Shown here: one piece after another, positions 23,201-32,989 of the stretch | How positions within the stretch are numbered: the stretch's first letter is position 1 | How the letters are laid out: every line of letters begins with the position of its first letter | Source of the DNA: a virus | Taxonomy: Duplodnaviria; Caudoviricetes | Direction: 5' to 3' (one strand) | Length of the DNA stretch: 64,000 nucleotides | IMG/VR virus record: IMGVR_UViG_3300020470_006081 | Span: 1,355 to 65,354 of that record | The notes under the pieces: generated by a model | The model's input: only the letters and a program-made list of their open reading frames with translations | The model's database searches: none | What the model was told of the DNA's origin: nothing | Made by a program: the position numbers and the translations under genes

Positions 23201-23947
23201 CAGGCCAGTTTTTATTCTACCTTTGAATTTTCTTATTGGAGGGCCCATAAATAATACTGGATCAGGCTCTGTATGACCTATATATATACCGCCTCCAGGT
23301 GCTGTCAAATTTCTAAGAGACTTACAAGGTGGATTAAACCCTTCTTCAGAGCTATCTTCCGTCTCCATATGAGCAAAATTTCCAGGCTCATGAAGAGCAA
23401 CTATTTTACCAGCTGGACCTCCATGATAACCAGTAGTATTATTCAAAGAGTGGTATTCAACCCATATTAATGAGCCAGGTACAACCTGCTCCAAAAGTTT
23501 GTCTTCTCTCATTTGATGAAATTCACCATGAGCTGCTAGGCGAGCCTCATCTTCTTCGTCTTCAGGCCAATCTATGTCAGAATCTATTTCTGGTACTCTA
23601 GCTATAACTTTTAAAGGCTGAGGCTTGTTAGCTTTTTCTTTTTCTTCTGATAAAGCTGATTTATAGTTATTTAAACTAATTGATTTTGTTAAATTACCGC
23701 CGTTTGTAGCAGCCTCATTATTAACCTGAGGGCCAGACAAGACTTTTAGAACAACTGCTAAATAAGGCCCTGCTTTATTCGAAAGCAAGTCGTGAGAGAA
23801 ATTTTTTCTATGAATCTCAGAATAACTAGCAAAGATATCTTTACCTTGATCATACGATGTAAAATCAAAAATATTATCATCTAGAGGATTTAACTCTCCT
23901 AGATCATAATTTTCATATACTGCCCAGGGTGGTTTGGGTTTTGCCAT
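20228..23947 (-). CDS. gp5-like baseplate hub protein: OB-fold-like N-terminus, alpha/beta-hydrolase-like middle, C-terminal M15 peptidoglycan peptidase
   Basis: KVIARVPEID...PGSLIWVEY (OB-like); FYFH...FILVIPE...LAEGMGG...FVD (hydrolase-like); SLHAFGLAID...WG...DHMHF (M15 Zn motifs). Confidence 0.65.
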   Translation of the reverse strand: MAKPKPPWAVYENYDLGELNPLDDNIFDFTSYDQGKDIFASYSEIHRKNFSHDLLSNKAGPYLAVVLKVLSGPQVNNEAATNGGNLTKSISLNNYKSALSEEKEKANKPQPLKVIARVPEIDSDIDWPEDEEDEARLAAHGEFHQMREDKLLEQVVPGSLIWVEYHSLNNTTGYHGGPAGKIVALHEPGNFAHMETEDSSEEGFNPPCKSLRNLTAPGGGIYIGHTEPDPVLFMGPPIRKFKGRIKTGLFGNGTQQTKQHFDECLRLATPSAKHNIPGAAPNSSNAFIWVGHLKNNGYLDVIDRPLNLGRETIIYAPGTLDLNSEIELKFYFHDRGGFGYPWITGPLTSVEAAIQHATTIKDNDFKEKVAPGIKDLIRDGRNFILVIPEMSYSRGFGTVGSARTREIMNGEEVANGILGYRKTTSRTFMDPQVREMMKNYLKNMPSSAGENLSEVNHLYNRQFATFDGTFSGGDFGKFYDEVVTVLGRHFPNISDKIEYASILAEGMGGVALAAMAKDITTNASHVVARQSFMSVSEVRRIDFVDTGYDTAGFDPFFDNKSPSRTLYTDYIMHKPVDSVFEFNYITEYAPSNQNVNQFFDELNRIDLYKKHNKQVGGLGERKFSFNFEEGVNSFVSFHVTAKDKANLKGKVGYAFSMLNDYSGDIARRKSDSDNSQSRSFDSVPDHAEACTKSQAAADAAKIQKKISQLNESINYFETFLTNVIQNGSQAYCRDEGNPDNPNLRIYCDANGGLVTNKTSQFFSDYTRYLTSKKDLAELTIISNFEQQLLSHSLYKPRLEKFKTDLDEMLAAAKKTQKLVSGSWNDLYKRFDFNTFGTVQFVNGDANVDGTLNQYAQTMAAADAYEKIKLKVENTIEKISSKAVSLDPECAPPPIKLGDMIAPKPVDTPEAFNAVGAADCAGIQVSVPNNFDQIYEMIPYLPDKKRFVISGRSSKIPTKLDTINTYEIKSFDFQHRAASGQTTNSKSPPIWSCITDRVSSAWSSACGISNYVPFSIVRGIRGYGNFKGNTAYRFGMSLHAFGLAIDVDPFITGYSRDGSPLYSVYTGAWSAAFLSQHAQELYDLGVFKTRPSTLSNNAFEASNVLRMAENWEQAPNAYKGGGESGGQREIYKKIMRAAAGGPIVPPGANPTLWLITFCETSGMRWGNAKFMKKRWRGGSRWSEAEQKRISEIYNIPNIVKRIKAISWTTTSVEDHMHFHFWSGRSLVPWSQIAATKKRIG

Positions 23948-23959
23948 CTAAGTTTATCC

Positions 23960-24259
23960 TCAATCATCTTTCTGAATTAAATCATATATATCAGACTTAT
24001 CTGCTGAAGATAAACTAGATACAACAGTCTCTTTTTTAGAGACCAAAGAAGCCAATTTCACCAGTTGTTCATTTGATCTTTGTAATGTTTCTAAATATTT
24101 AGCAGCAACAGGTCCAGAGTATTGATGTTTTGTCTCATCTTGCTTAAGAACTTTCATCAATTCCACTAACAAGGTTGAGGCTAGCGCGCGATCTTTACGT
24201 ACATTGTCGATTGCTTCTTCAACAAATTCCTGTGAATTTAAATTATTCCCTTTTCCCAT
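23960..24259 (-). CDS. hypothetical protein (99 aa, helical)
   Basis: ORF with operon-like spacing. Confidence 0.6.
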   Translation of the reverse strand: MGKGNNLNSQEFVEEAIDNVRKDRALASTLLVELMKVLKQDETKHQYSGPVAAKYLETLQRSNEQLVKLASLVSKKETVVSSLSSADKSDIYDLIQKDD

Positions 24260-24957
24260 TCGTTTTTAAATGTCCTATATTTTTTTCTTATTCTGTTAAG
24301 ATTGTTAACAATCTGTTTTGTATTCAATCCTGTTATCTCGCGCATGTATAGGTAAATAGCTTTTTTATTAAAAATTTCAATTTCATTAATACTATTGAAA
24401 AGTATATTAATAGCGTCTAATACCTTTTTTTCATTTTCTTTAAGCTTCATGTTCTCCCAGCTCTTCATTTCTGTAAATAAGTGCTGCCAAAACTCTGCTT
24501 CTTCGCGTTGGTCTTCATAAGTATTTTCTACTATTAATTCTTTTGATTCTATCTCTGATGATAAATCTTCGTATTGTAAATCTCTTTTTAATCTTTTTGA
24601 ATTTTGCTTAACTTTATGAATAAACCAGTTTTTTGTAATTACGCTAAAATAAGAAAAAGCTTTAGACTTCTTACTAGAGTCATATTTGTCTAAGATAGTC
24701 ATTAACCATATTTTACAATCATCTTTTAAATAATCTATGTTAGGTAAATTATTAAACTTATATGTATAAACTATCTTGTCTACCATTTCGTCAAAAGCAG
24801 GGCCAATATAAGATATATATAACTCTGATCTGACACTCTTGTCATCAGTCAACGCATATTTTATTATGGCGTCTTCATGGACTTTTGTAAAATAATTATT
24901 CTTCTTGCGTTTCGCCCTCTTCTTCGGAGGACTCGTCGTATTCTTCGTCTGACTCAA
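24238..24957 (-). CDS. phage sigma factor (T4 gp55-like late sigma)
   Basis: Region-2-like LDKYDSSKKSKAFSYFSVITKNWF and a C-terminal HTH-like IYLYMREITGLNTKQIVNNL. Confidence 0.7.
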   Translation of the reverse strand: MSQTKNTTSPPKKRAKRKKNNYFTKVHEDAIIKYALTDDKSVRSELYISYIGPAFDEMVDKIVYTYKFNNLPNIDYLKDDCKIWLMTILDKYDSSKKSKAFSYFSVITKNWFIHKVKQNSKRLKRDLQYEDLSSEIESKELIVENTYEDQREEAEFWQHLFTEMKSWENMKLKENEKKVLDAINILFNSINEIEIFNKKAIYLYMREITGLNTKQIVNNLNRIRKKYRTFKNEWEKGII

Positions 24958-25312
24958 TTTCTACCTCTATATCAAAATACCTTTCTTGCATATCTATATA
25001 CTCGTTAATTAATTCTTTCGAGTGTATAATAAGGCTTTCTAAATTTTGATCTCCGTAATACATCTCTAATTCATATAAGTTTTCTAGATGATTGATAAAC
25101 TTATCTGTGCTTTGAAATATAAAACCTAAATCTTCTTCAATTTTTTTATTTTCATTTATAAATTGATATGAATACCATAATAAAAATACGTTTACTAAGA
25201 TACTAATATATAGAAAAAATGGCACTATTCCTGCCAAATACATTAAAAGTATTGCATTTAAGATTAAAGATATATATAATACATATCTACTAATTTTCGT
25301 CATAATATTCAT
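24896..25312 (-). CDS. hypothetical membrane protein
   Basis: Two N-terminal hydrophobic helices and an acidic tail. Confidence 0.6.
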   Translation of the reverse strand: MNIMTKISRYVLYISLILNAILLMYLAGIVPFFLYISILVNVFLLWYSYQFINENKKIEEDLGFIFQSTDKFINHLENLYELEMYYGDQNLESLIIHSKELINEYIDMQERYFDIEVEIESDEEYDESSEEEGETQEE

Positions 25313-25553
25313 TACTTATTTTTTCTTTCTCTAGCTTAAGATCTTTCTCAAAATCTTCTATTGATTTTTTAACAACGTCACCAACATTTTTTTTATCTTC
25401 TTTTGTATTTATTAAAAATCTAGTTGGTATTTTATTGAGAGTTTCTTTTTTGCAAGATTCACACTCTAATTTTTTCTCAGTCATAGAATGAAAATAAGTA
25501 AACTCCGCATTACACTCTGAACACCTATAAAAATATTTAGGCATCATCCTCAT
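25290..25553 (-). CDS. FmdB-family zinc-ribbon protein
   Basis: MPKYFYRCSEC...CESC motif. Confidence 0.75.
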   Translation of the reverse strand: MRMMPKYFYRCSECNAEFTYFHSMTEKKLECESCKKETLNKIPTRFLINTKEDKKNVGDVVKKSIEDFEKDLKLEKEKISNEYYDEN

Positions 25554-25719
25554 CTTCTCTAAGTTTTATAAGAGGGGGATTCATTACAAACAATTCTTTT
25601 TCTTCGCCAACCTTAAAATTAAAACCTTTTAAAACAGGAACAATATCACTCTGTTCCATTAAAGAATTTTGCAGTGCCATCATAACGGCCCCTAGCGCTT
25701 CATCTGATAATTTATACAT
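25537..25719 (-). CDS. hypothetical protein (60 aa)
   Basis: ORF overlapping both neighbours, with a GGAG SD. Confidence 0.6.
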   Translation of the reverse strand: MYKLSDEALGAVMMALQNSLMEQSDIVPVLKGFNFKVGEEKELFVMNPPLIKLREDEDDA

Positions 25720-26626
25720 TTTGTAACTCCTTTTTTAGCCATTTTTCTAAATTAACTTTAGGCTCCCAGCCTAATTTTTTATTTGCTTTTTTGTTGTCTG
25801 CTAGTGTTTCTTCACATTCAGCTGGGCGCGGTGGGAGGTAAACACACTCACCATCTAAAATTTTTACTAGTTCTAGTATATTATAATTCATACCGGTGCC
25901 AATGTTCAATATTTCTCCAAATATATTACTTTTTGACTTTGCTGCTAATAAATTAGCCTGAACAGCGTCTCCGACATACGTGAAATCTCTTCTTTGTAGC
26001 CCGTCACCTATAACTGTTAATGGTTGTCCTAGTTTTTTCTGATTTAAAAATTTTCCAATAACGGTAGCGTATTGACCTTTTAAAGGCTGTCTTTCGCCAT
26101 ATATATTAAAATATCTTAATATAACTGTTTCAAGTCCATACAATCTATAAAACATCTTGCAAAGATCTTCGCCAGCAACTTTTGATACACAATATGGATT
26201 CATACAATCAACTTGCATATCTTCTTTGTGCGGAGGCTTGTTGTTTCCATAAGATGAAGAAGTTGAAGAATATATAACTCTTTTAACATTATTTTTACGA
26301 GCAGCTTGTAAAACATTGCATGTTCCCACAACGTTAACGTTAGTTGTAAGCACGGGATTTTCTATTGAAGGTTGTATTCTAGCCTCTGCCGCTAAATGAA
26401 AAACTACATCGACGCCCTCAAAGAGAGGAAATATTTTTTCATATTCACAAATATCATATTTATAATTTTTGGCTCTTTCATTCCAATAAAACTGATCATG
26501 GCAATCAGAAGACTCGTTGTCTATTACAACGACTTCGAAACCTTTTTTTAAAAGTTCATCAACTAAATTAGAACCTATAAAACCAGCGCCCCCTGTAACT
26601 AAAGCTTTTTTAATATTGTTTTCCAT
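25712..26626 (-). CDS. NAD-dependent nucleotide-sugar epimerase/dehydratase (extended SDR)
   Basis: TGGAGFIGS, HLAA, YxxSK, LRYFNIYG, RDFTYV. Confidence 0.93.
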   Translation of the reverse strand: MENNIKKALVTGGAGFIGSNLVDELLKKGFEVVVIDNESSDCHDQFYWNERAKNYKYDICEYEKIFPLFEGVDVVFHLAAEARIQPSIENPVLTTNVNVVGTCNVLQAARKNNVKRVIYSSTSSSYGNNKPPHKEDMQVDCMNPYCVSKVAGEDLCKMFYRLYGLETVILRYFNIYGERQPLKGQYATVIGKFLNQKKLGQPLTVIGDGLQRRDFTYVGDAVQANLLAAKSKSNIFGEILNIGTGMNYNILELVKILDGECVYLPPRPAECEETLADNKKANKKLGWEPKVNLEKWLKKELQNV

Positions 26627-27663
26627 TTATCATATACCATTTCTTTTCTAAAACTATTATGTTTTTTCATATTTTTAGATATTACATCTAAATCGACATT
26701 TTGTAATAAACTTTTAAGATCTTCAAAAGAATCAAAATATTGAATAAAAGGCATATTATCCTGATCATAATAATCAGCTAGCCTTACCCACTCCATCATA
26801 ACTTCGTTATCTAAAAAATTATTTGGATCTTGGCCTTCCTTTAAAATAAGAGATTTAGATTCTAAACCATGAACTTGATTCCAAGAAAGCTCAGATAAAA
26901 CGCCGTTTCTAAAAAAAGTTTCTCTTAATTGAGAAAGAAACTTATGTGAAGGAAAAAATAAAGGAATATTACAAGTATACTGCTCAAACAAAGACATAGT
27001 TGATGCATTGTATGGAATATTAACAATACCAGAGTAATCTGCTAAATCTTGCCACTTATAATTTTGCCCTAAAGCGTAATTTTTTTCTAAAAGATTTTCG
27101 ATATAAGAAGTATTGATTCTTAATTTTGATGAAAAAATAAACTGTTTTTTTTGCCCAGTATACTTTGAGCTTGTATATTCGCAAAGACTAGGTATGTGTT
27201 GCCAATCTCTCTCAGTAAAAAGCTCTGTGTATTTTTTATCATATTTATTATTAGCAACCGGTATAATTTTTCCACTATCTATGTTATTTTTAAGATAAGA
27301 ATTAAAATCTTTCCAGCCAGATAAATTTTTTGAAAACGGATCCTCGTATCTAGTGCTAGCAACAGTTATAATTGGCTTATCAAATTTTTCGTATAATAAA
27401 GAAAAACAAGGTGTATGCGTAACAATAAAACCATCGTATTCACTTAACTCTTCCTTATAAAAATTATAAAATTTTTCAATCAAATCTTCATCAATATTTC
27501 TCCAAGTATTTTGATTAATGTGTTTTAAATTTTTTTGCTGCCACCCCATTATATGGGAATGGCCAGATATACTCCAATTATCAACTTGATGGCCTAGTTT
27601 TTCAAATATGTATTTAATATCTGAAATAACAGAAATATGCAAATCTAAGTTAAAAAATTTCAT
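26599..27663 (-). CDS. putative glycosyltransferase-like protein
   Basis: Glyco-island context; GT-B-like C-terminal IPYNASTMSLFEQY...IPLFFP. Confidence 0.5.
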   Translation of the reverse strand: MKFFNLDLHISVISDIKYIFEKLGHQVDNWSISGHSHIMGWQQKNLKHINQNTWRNIDEDLIEKFYNFYKEELSEYDGFIVTHTPCFSLLYEKFDKPIITVASTRYEDPFSKNLSGWKDFNSYLKNNIDSGKIIPVANNKYDKKYTELFTERDWQHIPSLCEYTSSKYTGQKKQFIFSSKLRINTSYIENLLEKNYALGQNYKWQDLADYSGIVNIPYNASTMSLFEQYTCNIPLFFPSHKFLSQLRETFFRNGVLSELSWNQVHGLESKSLILKEGQDPNNFLDNEVMMEWVRLADYYDQDNMPFIQYFDSFEDLKSLLQNVDLDVISKNMKKHNSFRKEMVYDKWKTILKKL

Positions 27664-28574
27664 TATTTTAGTATGCCTTTCTGTTTAAGCTTTGCGTCAA
27701 TACTAGTCTGAAATTTTTCAAACTTTGAGCCTTGTTTAACCTCTTTGTGTTTATTGGAAGAATTATGCCAGTGCCAAGTAAAAACTCCGTCAAATATAAA
27801 ATCCTCATCATACCCAGCGTCTTCAAACCAACCCTTTTGGATGTGTAAACTTTTACCTTTATGCTTAACATTAACACACCACTCTGTATTGAAAAAAGTA
27901 GATGGTAATACTGTAAAGGGGTGTCTTCTGTATAATGTAGCAAACATATCCTTACCCCAACATGTAGTTGCTGGGCGTGCAGGGGTTATCAACACCTCCT
28001 TAAGTAATTCTTCTGAAAGTTTGCTTTCTTTCTGTAATGACAGGACAGTAGCACATGCACCCTCTGTCGCATAATCTGTTTCAGAACCCCACATGTACAT
28101 ATACTCTTGGTCCAGTAGGGGTTTAAAATCTCTGAGAAAAATTATGTCCATATCCGCCCATACACCACCATATTTGTGAAGAGCAATCAACCTTAGTAAG
28201 TCAGATTGAAGATAATATTTGTGATCTTTAGCATTCAAGATATCATATTTATTTTCCAAAACAGTGCCGCGCGCTTCTTCAATTGCGTCCCAGACTTTAA
28301 AAGTAACATGATCTTTGTAGGGCTGAATTAAAGGATTATCATTTATATTATAATCAGACCAAACTATCATTTCACAATGTTGTAAATTTTGTGTTGCAAG
28401 AAAAGATTTAATTACCATTAGCTCTTTAGGATTTTTTATCTCAGTATATACGTGAAAAATTGTTTTATTTTCAGGATATTTATAATCTTTTATATCAATT
28501 TTTTTTAAAAAAGAAAGACACGCTTCGTAGTCTTTATACAGTAAAGGATGAGTCTCTAAGCTTACATCAATCAT
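27663..28574 (-). CDS. DxD glycosyltransferase (GT32 / Gly_transf_sug-like)
   Basis: SDLLRLIALHKYGGVWADMD. Confidence 0.85.
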   Translation of the reverse strand: MIDVSLETHPLLYKDYEACLSFLKKIDIKDYKYPENKTIFHVYTEIKNPKELMVIKSFLATQNLQHCEMIVWSDYNINDNPLIQPYKDHVTFKVWDAIEEARGTVLENKYDILNAKDHKYYLQSDLLRLIALHKYGGVWADMDIIFLRDFKPLLDQEYMYMWGSETDYATEGACATVLSLQKESKLSEELLKEVLITPARPATTCWGKDMFATLYRRHPFTVLPSTFFNTEWCVNVKHKGKSLHIQKGWFEDAGYDEDFIFDGVFTWHWHNSSNKHKEVKQGSKFEKFQTSIDAKLKQKGILK

Positions 28575-29559
28575 TATTATTTTCCTTGTTTGTGTGTTGA
28601 AAGTATTTCATAAAAAAATTACTTGGTCTGATATATTCTTCGTATACTTTTCTACAATCTTTTTGTCTTGTTAAAAATTGTTTTTGTGTCATATTATTAT
28701 AATCACTTAAGATAATATTATCAATGTTTTTTATTTCAGAAGAATCAACAAAGACTGAAATTTCTTTCCACGGAATTAATTTTTCGTGAGGAAGTACAAT
28801 ATCGGTATCAATTATAATTGGTATTCGACCAGCTGAAAGAGTTTCATATAGTCTATAAGAAAAATTTCCGGCTCCTCTACAACATAAAATATAATCAGAA
28901 TTACTCATATTTTCTCGAAAATTACCCCTAGCATCATTAGCATAACTGTAGTCGTTACTATCTGCGGATCCGTATCCCCAGCCGGCCCAAAACTTATCAT
29001 GCAAAATAAAATTAGAAATTAATTTTTCGCTTTCATATATTTCTTTTAGAGAATGAAAACGAAAATAGTTGTTGTTAGCACATCCGCAAAAACCAACAAT
29101 TGGCTTTTCGCTTTTTTCCCTTAAAGAAAACGCCCCATAATCAGGACTCCATCCTGGCAAGGCAATTTCATTATTTTTTTGCCTACTCTTATAAAAAGAA
29201 GTTCTAAATACAACTACATTTTCCTCTTGAAGATTCATATCACAATCAGAATCATCATTAAAAAAAACTAATGTTTTCTTATCATATTTTTTTGCTTCTA
29301 ATAAAAAATTTTTAAACTGTGTTGAATTATCCTGCCATTTAACAGGATAAACAAAATAATCAGAATTTTCTGGGTTCTCTGTTAAAGTTAAAAAATTATT
29401 ACCATTTTTCTCTAAATTTTTAAATCTGCCATATTGTGGGTGCTTATCATTTTTATCACTATCGCCAAAAAATGGTATTAAAACTTCAATGTGATTTTTA
29501 TCGTTAATCAAAGATCGATCAGTATATAAGCTATATTTTTTTGTCATAATTTTCCTCAA
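28567..29559 (-). CDS. exostosin-family (GT47) glycosyltransferase
   Basis: SDYILCCRGAGNFSYRLYETLSAGRIPIII...LPHE. Confidence 0.82.
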   Translation of the reverse strand: MRKIMTKKYSLYTDRSLINDKNHIEVLIPFFGDSDKNDKHPQYGRFKNLEKNGNNFLTLTENPENSDYFVYPVKWQDNSTQFKNFLLEAKKYDKKTLVFFNDDSDCDMNLQEENVVVFRTSFYKSRQKNNEIALPGWSPDYGAFSLREKSEKPIVGFCGCANNNYFRFHSLKEIYESEKLISNFILHDKFWAGWGYGSADSNDYSYANDARGNFRENMSNSDYILCCRGAGNFSYRLYETLSAGRIPIIIDTDIVLPHEKLIPWKEISVFVDSSEIKNIDNIILSDYNNMTQKQFLTRQKDCRKVYEEYIRPSNFFMKYFQHTNKENNND

Positions 29560-30343
29560 TTATACGCTTGGTTAAATAATATGATCCTTTAGGAGAGGCA
29601 TTTCTTTCATACCAACCAATGCACTCGTTTGACATGTATTCCCATTTATCTTTGCTACATTCTAACACAATTCTAGGAGCGTCTTCAGGCTTTTCAGCAA
29701 AAAGAAAATGTTTATCTTTTTCTAGTTTTTCATAATACTGGGTTGACACACCAGGAGTAAAAATTGGTACCGTTCCTAGGCCAATTAACTCCATATCTCT
29801 CAAGCACTTTGGGCCAACGCCTGGGAGACATAAACCAAATTTAAACTCAGACAAAGTCTGTAAATATTTTTCATGATCAAAAAGTCTTTGATTAGCATAG
29901 CCCATCCAAAAAAAATCAATATTTTTAGACCAGTCTGCTAATCTTTTTGGTGTCGTATAACTACCAATAAAAATGCTTCCCCCAGGCCGGCCATAATAGC
30001 TGTTTATGCCTTTATGAACAATTTTTGCATGTTTTTTAGGATGTTTTGGCCAAAATGTCCAAGAAAAACTGTTTTCTTCTTCTAGTACAGCATTTGCCCA
30101 AAGAGCCATTTTCCAGTTTAAATTTTCGTGCAATTTATCTAAAATTGGATTATCATATAACATAATATCCCCAATTTCATTTACCCATGGTCTTGCTTCA
30201 GGATATAGAGTTTCATTTTTATAATTTCCACTTCCAGCAGGCCCTGGTATGACTTCACAATACCCTGCTTCTTCCCACATATCTATAAGCTCTCTAAAAG
30301 AGCTTCCGTCATGACCTCCAACTGTTGGCTTAATTATTTTCAT
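29531..30343 (-). CDS. GT47/GT-B-like glycosyltransferase
   Basis: KFGLCLPGVGPKCLRDMELIGLGTVPI. Confidence 0.6.
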   Translation of the reverse strand: MKIIKPTVGGHDGSSFRELIDMWEEAGYCEVIPGPAGSGNYKNETLYPEARPWVNEIGDIMLYDNPILDKLHENLNWKMALWANAVLEEENSFSWTFWPKHPKKHAKIVHKGINSYYGRPGGSIFIGSYTTPKRLADWSKNIDFFWMGYANQRLFDHEKYLQTLSEFKFGLCLPGVGPKCLRDMELIGLGTVPIFTPGVSTQYYEKLEKDKHFLFAEKPEDAPRIVLECSKDKWEYMSNECIGWYERNASPKGSYYLTKRIIEENYDKKI

Positions 30344-30911
30344 AATATTTCCTTATATTCTCTTCCCACCCTTGTTTTGTATTCCAACCATGGATCCATT
30401 GTCTAGGATGATCATCAGGTAGGCCAGATTCATCATCATAAGTATTTTTAAATAAGAGTGATTTTTCTTGTGTAAGATTCAAAATTTTATCATGTTTGAT
30501 AGGATCAAATATCCATAAGTTTTTAATATTTTTAGTATTTTGTGCTGCACGTACAACTTCTTGATGCACTTGTATATGGTGCGGATGGCCATATTCACCA
30601 TTAGGGCCATGTGTTAAAATATTGCTCCAATTTTTACTTTTTATTTTGTTTAATATAGGTGTATAAATATCTCCTATAATATTACGATAATAACCAGTAT
30701 CTACAAATTCTAACATTTCTGTATTCGCAGATAAATAAGAACTGACTTTATCTAAAAATATTGGTATTCTAAAAAGGCTCTGATAATCCGGGCGCACTAT
30801 GCAGAGTATATCCCACTGCTCTTTTTCTTTAAGAAGCTTTTCGCCAGCCCAAATTAATTCGTCGTCTGCATGCGCAACAATCAATAAATTTTTTGTGTTT
30901 TTAAATTTCAT
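30330..30911 (-). CDS. PIG-L / LmbE family N-deacetylase
   Basis: VAHADDE and THGPNGEYGHPHH. Confidence 0.85.
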   Translation of the reverse strand: MKFKNTKNLLIVAHADDELIWAGEKLLKEKEQWDILCIVRPDYQSLFRIPIFLDKVSSYLSANTEMLEFVDTGYYRNIIGDIYTPILNKIKSKNWSNILTHGPNGEYGHPHHIQVHQEVVRAAQNTKNIKNLWIFDPIKHDKILNLTQEKSLLFKNTYDDESGLPDDHPRQWIHGWNTKQGWEENIRKYYENN

Positions 30912-31477
30912 TTTTTACGCAAGAACCTTATATCCCATATAGTACCGTATACTGGACACTGTATAACCTCAACAGGCTGATAGTTAGAAAATTTGCTAGA
31001 CACAAAGTTTGGCGCGATAAACTTCTCTAAGTTAATTTGATATTCTGGATCTTGCTCAATACGATCAGAGTGCAATATATACAATCCATCTTTTTTTAAA
31101 AGTCTAATAATATTTTTAATATATTTTTCTTGCTCTAATTGGTTAAATTTTGTACCATTCCAACCTAGTACTCCAATGTCAAATATTATATCAAACTTAG
31201 AAATACTATCTGGATATTTATCAGCGCATTCTTGCATTGTGCAAAAATAAAAACCATCATTTGTTTTAGATTTTTTAAAAGGATCTAGCTGCCAATATTC
31301 TACTAAATCATTGTTGATTAGTTGCGGACAAATAGAGTTATAATCTTCAACACCAATATCTAGAATTCTAGGCTCTTCTTTATCTTGCAAGAAAATACCA
31401 GCTTCTTTATAAACGTTTTTTAAAAATTTTCTATCTGTTACGTTATTCCACCAGGTTATACTCATCTGCAAGCCCAC
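30908..31477 (-). CDS. class I SAM-dependent methyltransferase
   Basis: ILDIGV, FDIIF, RLLKKDG. Confidence 0.72.
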   Translation of the reverse strand: MGLQMSITWWNNVTDRKFLKNVYKEAGIFLQDKEEPRILDIGVEDYNSICPQLINNDLVEYWQLDPFKKSKTNDGFYFCTMQECADKYPDSISKFDIIFDIGVLGWNGTKFNQLEQEKYIKNIIRLLKKDGLYILHSDRIEQDPEYQINLEKFIAPNFVSSKFSNYQPVEVIQCPVYGTIWDIRFLRKK

Positions 31478-32211
31478 TTCATATTAGAAATTTTATTATA
31501 CCATATTAAGGGTGAGTCTATAATCATAGACTTATTATAATAAAAAAGTGTATCCATGCAGAAATCATAATCATAGGAGACATCCATATTCCATTCCCAA
31601 TTAATTTTTTCTAAAACTTCTTTTTTTATTGCAGTACTGCCTCCAGTAATTGACCAACCAAAACCACTACCATATGGTAAAGAATTTCCGGCTGGGCCAT
31701 ATACTTTTCTAGGTCTATTTTGTCTTATTCTTTTATCTTGTTCTACATTCAAAAAATCAGAAAAGTAAAGAGAAAATAAATCACTAGAATTTTTGCTCCT
31801 CACAGAATCAATTTTAATTTGATTGAATTCTTGTGCAAAAGTAAAACTATGATTTAAGTGTAATATGTTTTCATTTTTAAAAAAATGTTTTATAATTTCA
31901 ATTCTTTGAGGGTGAGGAATATCATCTGAATCTTGATAAATTATTATTTCATTTTTTGCAGACCTACTACCAAAACCTCGATTAGGACCTTCTGGTACAG
32001 TCATATTATGTGAAACAATGTTTACGGTATCAAAAGAATTTTCATATTTATTTTGTAAATTACAAATTGCATCGACGTCCATTAAGTGGCCATTAGAAAT
32101 AGATATTATAACCTCATCCGGACGAACAGTGCCAGCAGCATAATGCTTCAATATACAGTCTACATAATGAAAATGATTATTAGTTGATGGAATAACTAGA
32201 CTAGTTTTCAT
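31462..32211 (-). CDS. GT2-family glycosyltransferase
   Basis: SLVIPS, PDEVII, NRGFG, YQDSDDIPHPQRIE. Confidence 0.8.
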   Translation of the reverse strand: MKTSLVIPSTNNHFHYVDCILKHYAAGTVRPDEVIISISNGHLMDVDAICNLQNKYENSFDTVNIVSHNMTVPEGPNRGFGSRSAKNEIIIYQDSDDIPHPQRIEIIKHFFKNENILHLNHSFTFAQEFNQIKIDSVRSKNSSDLFSLYFSDFLNVEQDKRIRQNRPRKVYGPAGNSLPYGSGFGWSITGGSTAIKKEVLEKINWEWNMDVSYDYDFCMDTLFYYNKSMIIDSPLIWYNKISNMKWACR

Positions 32212-32212
32212 T

Positions 32213-32989
32213 TTATTGATATCCTTCCGTAACTGGATATGGTAGATTACGATTTATATTTTTGTGATACTTTAGTGTAAGAGGGTGAAAAATATTTCCA
32301 CATATTACAGCCCATGGAATTGGATATATCGATCTTGCTCCAGTCTCTGGATTTATATGACCATATGAATCCCTAGGCCAAGAGCCTGGATTAGCTTTTA
32401 ATTCTTTTAAATAACCATTCATTTTTTCGTTTAAACCATCCCACCAGTCTTGTGTCAAAGGGGAGTTCTTACGACATATAAATGCTCCATTTCCTATTAG
32501 TAATCTCCAATTTGCTCTTATGTGAGTTGAAGACCAAGCATCTTCAGACATATTTAAAGTAAAGTCTCTACAAAACTTTGATTTTTCTGGATTTAAACGA
32601 CAATTTTCTAAACGTGCAACATCGCTGACTTCTTTTTCTCCGTATCCTATAGCATATAAATCTTTATTCTCTATAATTGCGTTAAAATATTTTGACCAAG
32701 GTTCGTCAGTAGCTTTAATATCACTATACCCACCGCCATAATGATGAAGAAAATAACATTTGAGATAATCACCTTTTTGTATTTCAGATAAATATTGATA
32801 TCCTTCATGCAAGTTAGGAAGATTGTCAATTTGCTCATGTGTAATTAATCGAACATCGCAATCTTCATTTACTTCACAAAATTTGTCATATGATTCTTTT
32901 CTATTTTTAGACATTTTATTTTTTCCTGTCCAAAACATCCAAATAGTTTTTTTCTGTAAATAATCTTTTTCTTGGTCTAACACACTCAT
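32213..32989 (-). CDS. capsular-polysaccharide-synthesis-type (GT32-like) glycosyltransferase
   Basis: IWMFWTG...GDYLKCYFLHHYGGGYSDIK. Confidence 0.75.
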   Translation of the reverse strand: MSVLDQEKDYLQKKTIWMFWTGKNKMSKNRKESYDKFCEVNEDCDVRLITHEQIDNLPNLHEGYQYLSEIQKGDYLKCYFLHHYGGGYSDIKATDEPWSKYFNAIIENKDLYAIGYGEKEVSDVARLENCRLNPEKSKFCRDFTLNMSEDAWSSTHIRANWRLLIGNGAFICRKNSPLTQDWWDGLNEKMNGYLKELKANPGSWPRDSYGHINPETGARSIYPIPWAVICGNIFHPLTLKYHKNINRNLPYPVTEGYQ

